Shown one piece after another: positions 1-8,000 of a stretch of 14,293 bases of DNA. The notes under the pieces were generated by a model. The model was not told the DNA's origin and made no database searches. It saw only the letters and a list, made by a program, of their open reading frames with translations. Position 1 is the first letter of the stretch; the number at the start of each line of letters is the position of its first letter. The position numbers were made by a program, and so were the translations under genes. Location of the stretch: contig JBHGNT010000882.1 of NCBI GenBank assembly GCA_043228905.1, positions 1 through 14,293 on the forward strand, given 5' to 3'. This DNA is from Azolla caroliniana. Taxonomy: Eukaryota > Plantae > Polypodiophyta.

Positions 1-1
1 G

Positions 2-163
2 GCAAAGAGTGATGTCGATTTCAATATATATCCATTCACGAAGTCAACAGATCTGTGTATTGTAAGAGATTTGTCTGGGCAAGAGAACTCAATCCCAGGC
101 TCCTATGATGCCAAGGGTGTCGCAAGGTCTGAAAAGCCTGCTGATCAAGATGTAATCCCATGA
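2..163 (+). CDS. Possible 3' end of an unidentified plus-strand gene entering from the left edge
   Basis: Frame +2 is open from the window edge for 53 codons (AKSDVDFNIYPFTKSTDLCIVRDLSGQENSIPGSYDAKGVARSEKPADQDVIP) to TGA at 161-163, in somewhat GC-richer sequence. No homology recognised. Confidence 0.25.
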   Translation, partial: AKSDVDFNIYPFTKSTDLCIVRDLSGQENSIPGSYDAKGVARSEKPADQDVIP

Positions 164-216
164 CTTTCAGGAAGATAGTAATGGGAATTCCACAGCTGTG
201 GGTTACCATCTGCTTC

Positions 217-357
217 ATAAGTATACGAGCAATCAGACAGACAACACAGACAACCTTGAGAAGTTAATGGAAAATCGACAGCTGTTGGTTACCGGTAATC
301 TGCTTTGTTATAAGCATGCGAGCAATCAGACAAACACAGCCAACCTTGAGAAGTTAG
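217..357. repeat. Spaced direct repeat, ~50 bp x 2
   Basis: CGAGCAATCAGACA...AACACAG.CAACCTTGAGAAGTTA at ~217-267 and ~310-357. Confidence 0.8.
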
Positions 358-509
358 ACGGTGAATTCTAATAATATATAATAATTAGATGCCATAATAA
401 TGTCATTTACTATGACGGAAGGTAGCACCCATCCTATTATTTTTGTAGTTAAATATGTTTGGTTTTCCGTGGAAATACCATACTTTAATGCTATTTCTCG
501 AGTAAAATC

Positions 510-843
510 CCTCTTCATTCAGATTGCTTGTACATGAACGAAGCAAGCAATCTTCTTCATTTGGATTGTTTGTACATGAATGAAGCAATACGACGTTTCA
601 TTATAGAATCATTACAGAAATGATTAATGAAGTGAACTATGACACATCATCCAATAAACATTGAGATTGTTTGTACATGAATGATGCAATCCTCTTCATT
701 GAGAGTCGAGACTGTTTGTACATGAACGAAGCAATACAACATTTCATTATATAGAATCATTACAGGAATGATTAATAAAGTGACCAATGACACATATCAC
801 CTCAAAATTGTGACTAATGACATATCACCCCAACAATTTTGAC
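510..843. repeat. Nested degenerate tandem repeat (AAB-AAB pattern plus a short ~30-bp duplication)
   Basis: Core TTGTACATGAAYGA(A/T)GCAA occurs four times; TTTCATTAT..AGAATCATTACAG.AATGATTAAT.AAGTGA twice; GTGAC.AATGACA..TATCACC twice at ~780-843. Confidence 0.85.
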
Positions 844-861
844 AGTTATATATACCAATGT

Positions 862-1276
862 TAGCAACTGAACCAAACCGTTTATGAACACTTAGTATAT
901 AAACCAAACCACTTAAGAAAGAGTTGAAACCAAACCATTTAAAACTAAACCGTTTAGGGAAAAGTTGAAACCAAACAAAACCATTTAATAAAAAATTTAA
1001 ACCTAACTACTTAAATCAAACTAATTAAACATCTAAATAAACAAAAATACATTAAATTAAATAAGCATTTAAGTTGAATTTATTAAATCAATAAACTATT
1101 AAAGTAAAAAAAAAGTTAACCAAAATCCTATAAACCTTTAAACCTATAAACCCGAGTTTTAAAACCAAACCAAACCGTTTATTGAAAATCCAAACCATTT
1201 TTTTTTTGGGAATCAATAACCCGTTAAACCATGGCTTAACAGTTCGGTTTGGTTCGAGCCGAAACCGTGCCCATTG
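862..1276. mobile_element. Degenerate second copy of the same MITE family, same orientation
   Basis: 65-bp exact match 1011-1075 = 6081-6145 and colinear similarity to the right TIR (CGAGCCGAAACCGTGCCCATTG, terminal CTA missing). The left end keeps only TAGCAA, and no clean TSD is visible. The left boundary is approximate. Confidence 0.78.
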
Positions 1277-1922
1277 GGATATGCATGATTGACCATGTGA
1301 CGATTTAATCATTAGAGAACAATATTGACACAGAAATATACCATGATTGAACTATCCATGCCTTGATATTTGGCAGATTGTTTGGTATTACAGATTACAT
1401 CATAGATATTTTACATTCATTCGTGTCGCTAAGGTGTCTAATATATACATATAGCTATGGTTATGGCTTACTATTTGGACTTAAAAGTACTAGTCGTAGG
1501 CATGCAATGGCCTTACTATTCGAATTTATTCTTATTATTGATGCGATTAATTCTCATTTTTTTTATCAGAGCCTTGTATTCCCAAACAGATGCCTTTGGT
1601 GACTCTTCTAATAGAGTTACATTATTTGCCAGGTACTTTCTGGTCAAAGACAATGTTGACAGCTGGATGGAAAAATCATCCACAACAAGATTATATGTTT
1701 TCATTTCACCAGGTACCCCCAATAACATACGTAGTCTTGAAATTGGAATTCTGCAGTCACACAGTAATTTCATTCAAAATCCTAATAATAATAACGCATC
1801 ATATCAGCACAAAATGCACTTGGCACTAGGAAAACCGATTCAGTAGCAAGTCTTGCTCCGGAAGATGGTAATCCCTCAACGTACAAAATGTTCTGTACAC
1901 ATTTATTACCAAATTTAATGGT

Positions 1923-2066
1923 TCAGAGCTTTGGATGTACAATATTTGTGGCTCTTAACAGCCTATCAACTCCAGGGAGCTGTAGTTCATCATCTGCTTT
2001 TTCAAATGGTGAGAAGTAGTGATCTACCATTTCTTTGGTCACAGATACGAGACTTCCAGGATTCCA
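1923..2066 (-). CDS. HIBCH: HIBCH exon 15, terminal ([47 protein letters not shown])
   Basis: gcAG acceptor; W.P..L..V...MVD.YF pattern; TGA at 1925-1923. Confidence 0.92.
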   Translation of the reverse strand, partial: WNPGSLVSVTKEMVDHYFSPFEKADDELQLPGVDRLLRATNIVHPKL

Positions 2067-5000
2067 CTGCATCAAAAGCAATCACAGACTCCTTATTACA
2101 AATCATAACAAATGTCAGCATCTAATTAAATCACAGATTCCGAAGACAGTTAAGCAACTAAATAAGCATATGAATGTTCACGGTTTCATATTATTCTTTG
2201 TTAATTGAGGCTGAGTATCATAACTGTTATGTATTTATGTTTATTTTGCCATTACTCATTTTCCACTTGATTTAAGCTTCCATCTGTATTATGTATCACA
2301 GACGTTAATTGAGGTCGAGTATCATAACTGTTATGTATTTATGCTTATTTTGCCATTACTCATTTTCCACTTGATTTAAGCTTCCATCTGTATTATGTAT
2401 CACAGACATTGCCCTCACATGTCTTACATTTCACTACATAGACATCTTTATGTTTTTAAGGCAATGACTTTCTTCTATTCTACAGAACAATCCTATAGTA
2501 AACCTATTGAAATCGTTGATTCCATGGAGTATATATTTTCATTCTAAATAACTAAAAGGCAATTAATAATGAATCACATGGTCTGTTTGAAACATGAAAA
2601 TTATACAACTTCAATTAAACTATTGAAAAAATGGACTTTCAATTTAGCGTTGAATATACCTTCGGATTCTTATCTTTTTCAATTAAGATTGATCGGCAAC
2701 CCTGCATTAGTACAAAACATGCAACTGTCAAAATCTAGAAAAGTGCATACAGGACAGGCAAACAGGGTCCAAGGTGAATTTTGTTTTTTACCTCATAAAA
2801 ATCATTTGAGAATTTTCCAAGTAAACACCTCGCTGTTAACCTATATTCACGAGTTAGGCACTCATGAAATGTCTGATTCCGCCCTTCCCGTATCTTCAAA
2901 GAAACAGAAGCAAACACTGAGAGACAATTGGACTACAATTTTTACCATAGTTTCCATAGTGACAATGTCTGCCAAAGCAGCATTACTTACTGATCTTAAA
3001 GTTAGTTTTAAACTCATTGGTGATGCTTTTCTCAAAGTTGCAACAGTTATTGTGTACCAATTATCTCCCGTTTCTGCCTTACATTGTTCCTATTAATGTG
3101 AGTCACTCAAAAATCAAGAACTCAATCAAAGACTTTGGATAATTGTATTAGTATAGTTCCACATCATTGCCGTGCATTTTCAAAAGATGATAGATTAAAA
3201 ATATTAGTGAAAATTAACCTAATAAAGTACAAGAATGACTTGAATAGTTGAAACTTACTAGGGCTTCAAGGATATCTTCCAAAGAGGGTTTAGAAAAGCA
3301 CAAATTTATTTTGTCCACTCTGTGAGAAATAGCAACATGATCAAAGGTAAAAAGAACAGAAGAAATTTCAGTTTCAGGTAATAAGACAATCTCAAGAAAG
3401 CCACCTATGCATGAAGCTATCAGGCTTACAGTCCACATTTTCAGAAAAACTGTTTATGGTTTCATTAACAGCAGCATGATTTCCTGAACTCAAATGTTTT
3501 AGTCTTGCTTCAAGTTCGATGATCCTCTGTGATTAGAAAAAAGAGCATTAATCAATTTTGATACTGGACATCCATTAAAATTATGGTTATATTCCATTAC
3601 AGAAGTAAGAGTTAAGCCATTTTTCAAGGCATCACACTCCATATTACAAACAGTTCTCTTCAGTCTTCTTTAAAACAGTAGTTTACAATAGGAATCATCA
3701 TCATATTAAGAAAACATGCATCACGGTCAAGTGGCAATCATGAAGGTTAGGAGTGTCACCATAACTATGTCACAAGAATGTATGTTACATGAAACGTTTG
3801 AAACATTAGATGCATGGAAGTGTAAAATAGAGGTCATGACGTTGTGCTGATTCTGTCATATTCATAGCAATTCTTTTGTATTATTTCGTATCAATCAAAA
3901 CATAATTACGTAGACATTCCTATAAAAAGTACTTGGTGTGCCCCTTCTTGATAATGCCCTCCTATGTTTCCAATTAATTGTTTTATACTGTTTCAGATCA
4001 AGAAAGCATGGTTTTTTCTTTTGCCACAAAACAAGAAATTAGAGATAGTAGCCTTACTGCCAACCTCTTTTGCCCAAGGCTTTCAAATGTGTACTTCAAA
4101 AGACATCCTATGAAATAAATATAGAGCACAATACATCATTGGCAGGATAACACCTTGACATAGTTGGACAACAGTATCACCTTTATTATATCAGGGTCTT
4201 CTAATAGGATGCAGCCAAGACTTAAACAGGCACCAAAGCTCCTATATAAACAAAGGATTTGTGTTATTTAGCATTGCAGATTCTAGCTATAACTTCACTC
4301 ATTTCTCTACATGAGATGGGCCAGCTCTGTAGAGGAGCCAGCCTGGACCAAAACAGCAAGGGAACACATCAATCTTCATGATCAAAAGCTGAGTCATGTT
4401 CAAAACATATTTCTACCAACTCAGGAAAGTCGACAGAATTGTTCAATCCTATGTTAACTGTTCATGTTGATGGTAACACGACATCATCAACACAAATTTA
4501 AAAAATTATGTTTTCTTGGAAGTGTTTGTTTTTCCTTTAGTCCAAAAATGTCCACATTTTGAGTAAGAATTCTACAAAATTGGTGGTTTAACAATATGTA
4601 ATAGGAGAAAGCAAATGGGAAGAGAAAACACCTCTGAAGGTACATAATGGGTTGCAAGACCAACTGCAAGTAGCTCAGCTCCATCTAAGCGTGCACCAGT
4701 AAGACCAATGTATTCCCCTGCACAGCATATTCATGCAAATCAATTCTATGCAGAATATTTAAATTGACAAGACAATGTATGATTCAAACATGCCTAGAAA
4801 ACCAGGTAATCGTGACAAAAAGTAGGAAGCGCCAACATCTGGATGAAGTCCCAGCCCTGTCTCTGGCATAGCAAATACCTAAACATAAAAAGGCACATAT
4901 TTTATCTATTCAAATGTATACTCAGTATAGGCTTTTGTTTTCCACCTTGAATAAGATAAATATTCAATATTTCGTTGTAGAAGTTCTTTCGACAAATATT

Positions 5001-8000
5001 CAATATTTCATTGCGGTACATTATTCCCACACACAAGCTTAAAAGAGGTTAAGGATTGAGGTTGGAAATTCAGAAAAAGAAAGAATTCTAGGTATCAAGT
5101 TAACATGAGATTATGGAGACTGGACAATAAGAAAATGCCATTTGCTGCTGCAACACGACAAACACATCTGCCTTACACTCATGTACTAACTCCCCACTGG
5201 AATACTCGCTAAGGCAAGCCATAATAGCTCGCCTATGTGCCTATATCATATCTCTCAAGTATTTATAGGTAGCTCTGCAAATCTCACTACTGCTATCTAG
5301 AATCATTTCTTAGGTGAATATCCCTGTGTATGTTGCTATCATTTTGACAGAATCAGTTAACGGCAATCAAGAACAAAAATTATGAAACATTATGTGCCTC
5401 CGATGGAAGCCTTAATTCAAGTTTCTTAGTCACAAATCCTTAATTTTTCAATGGATTTTAAGATTTTCCATGAGTTCATCTATCTTCGTGATAGAATTAG
5501 ACACTAAAGTGTGGTGCCACTAGGCTGTCCCAACTGGGACACAGTCCCAATCCAAACTGGGACTCACCAAGGGGCCCAGTCCCAGTCAGTCCCAAGGGAC
5601 AACCCAACCGCTAGTCCATCGGCCATCTTTGCCCTATATAATGAGGCTTACTCCTCATTTCTGAGCATTCTCTGATTCGCCTCTCTCCATTCACCATTTT
5701 GGCTCTAAGGAGCGTAGCTAATCTATACACACATACATATCTCCCTCTCTCTATTAGCTTACTTGGGAGTTGTCCCGACTCATCCCGACTCAGTCCCGAC
5801 TTGTCCCAACTCCGAGTTTTGGTTTTGGTTTGTCCCAATTTGGGACATTTGTGAGCTTTTCTCTTTGTATTGATATATGAGCATGTTTTGTGTCCCAATT
5901 GTGTTTTCTTGTGGTTTTACGGACCCCCATGAAATAGGAGTGTAACAAAAGGATCAAGCCTAATACCATGTTTGGTTCCATTTGGTTGAATCATAGTCAT
6001 AAATAGCGATGGGCATGGTTCGGTTCGGTTTCAAGGCAAAGAAACCAAACCATTTAATACTTCTTTTTTAACCTAACCATTTAAATCAAACTAATTAAAC
6101 ATCTAAATAAACAAAAATACATTAAATTAAATAAGCATTTAAGTTTTATTTTTTAAATCAATAAAAGAAACTTTAATTGAACCATTAAATTAAATAAACA
6201 TTTGAGTTAAATTAATTAAATCAATAAAAAACCATTAAATTAATAAACTATTAATGTAAAAATAAATTTAACCAAAAACCTATAAACCTATAAACCCGAG
6301 TTTTAGAACCAAAACAAACCGTTTATTGAAAATCCAAACCATTATTTTTTGGGGGAACCAATAAACCATTAAACCATTAAACCATGGCTAACGGTTTGGT
6401 TTGGTTCAGTTCGAGCCGAAACCATACCCATTGCTAGTCATAAATGAAACCTACACAGCCATAACTAATTTCGCACTTACAGACATCAATTGCAATACTT
6501 CGCCATTCCTTGGTTTTTGTTACACAGATTTTTACCAACTGAAGCTTCACCCGATCAGACTGGTGGAGGAAATGAAATTTTAATTCATTGAGATAAGAAA
6601 ATTGTTCGTCTTTCATCTTTTAGCCCCACCAAAAGTAGACGCTAAGAGCTGATGCAACTACAAGGATTTAGATGTCTAAACAAATCAGATTTCACATTCA
6701 ATATGGAAGATAAGTTCAGGGTTTCTATGTTACCACATAGAAGTACATGGGGAATTGGTTATTCATGGAATTTCAGGGAGTTAGGATTATATGGGCCTAG
6801 TACTACCAAATTTCAATTATTTATCAAACCACTAATGGAGCTTGTAAAAAGTTCCATTCCAACAATGCCAAAGAGAAATATTCTGAAATATAATTTGTAA
6901 TAACTGATTTTTTGCAAGGAACATACAACACTAACTGGATATATAGTGTGAGCCAGAAGCAAAACATCAAAATATGGTTTTCTTATAACGTAAATGACAA
7001 GGACTGCATACAGTTTTTGCTGTGACCACCCTAAAGCTTCCATTTATTGATATACCCGCACCTCCTCCCATAACAATGCCATCAATTAAAGCAACCTGCC
7101 AAGATAGAGATTAATGTTTAATGATCACCGCATGAAAAACCTACAATTATATCCGAGGTGTATACACATTGATGTGCTCTCAGCGTAGCCACTCACATGA
7201 GATTTCTTATAGGTTCCAACTAGGTAGTTCACATTATATTCTTGAGAAAAGAAATGCATTGACTTGTCATGGCGCCCTACAACAATGTCACATATTTTCA
7301 AGACCAAGAACCAGGCACATCTGATATTGCATGAAGAAAAGGAAAATTACTATCAGTCTAATTTTACCTTCCTTCCAGAAGCGATAGACCTCTGCAACAT
7401 CACCACCAGCACTGAAGGCTCTTCCAGTTCCCTACCATAATCAGGTTTTCAATGTTCAATATCCATTTAAATATGTTCAGATCAAGGAAAAGCGAAGATG
7501 GACACATACTTTAACAAGGATCAACTGAATCTCCTCATTCTTCTCCCACTGTTCATATATATCTTTCAAATATCCAGTCTGTGCAAGACATGCAACCTTT
7601 AGATAATCAAGAAAAGAATTTATTACTATGTTCCTTTTGCATTTAGATTCATGTATGAGCTTGAATGGTACTAATTTTTCATTTTATGTTTTCATGTTTT
7701 TGCAGTTACCACAAGGTTCAGTTTTCTTGATCCTATTCTTCTTAAATTTATCATACAAAGAGATGCAGAATGAGTGGAAACAGCTACAGAAATTTATCAT
7801 TTTGTAAAAATAAAAAATCCCTAAACACTGATAATGCTTATAGATGCATCCATGCAGCCATAGTGCATGACCATGGTTCTGCTTATGCGGATCAGAAGAG
7901 GCCTCACCATCCAATAGGAAATAGCATTCAACTGACGTGGACGATTGAGTACTATCGTCCTTGAATGACTAGTCTCTTCAATTAACACCTGCCATTACGA

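Noticed and set aside
510-800. CRISPR-like repeated units
   Set aside because: Eukaryotic context, degenerate repeats, duplicated rather than unique spacers, and no cas genes.
1363-1846. Overlapping ORFs of 79-129 aa on both strands
   Set aside because: They lie in the HIBCH 3' UTR/downstream region, overlap each other, and show no motifs or coherent splice structure.
2569-3096. 175-aa plus-strand ORF
   Set aside because: Antisense shadow of HIBCH exons 12-14; no recognisable domain.
5502-5522. CACTA pentamers as CACTA transposon ends
   Set aside because: No matching TAGTG terminus with a 3-bp TSD; the TG..CA solo-LTR reading fits better.
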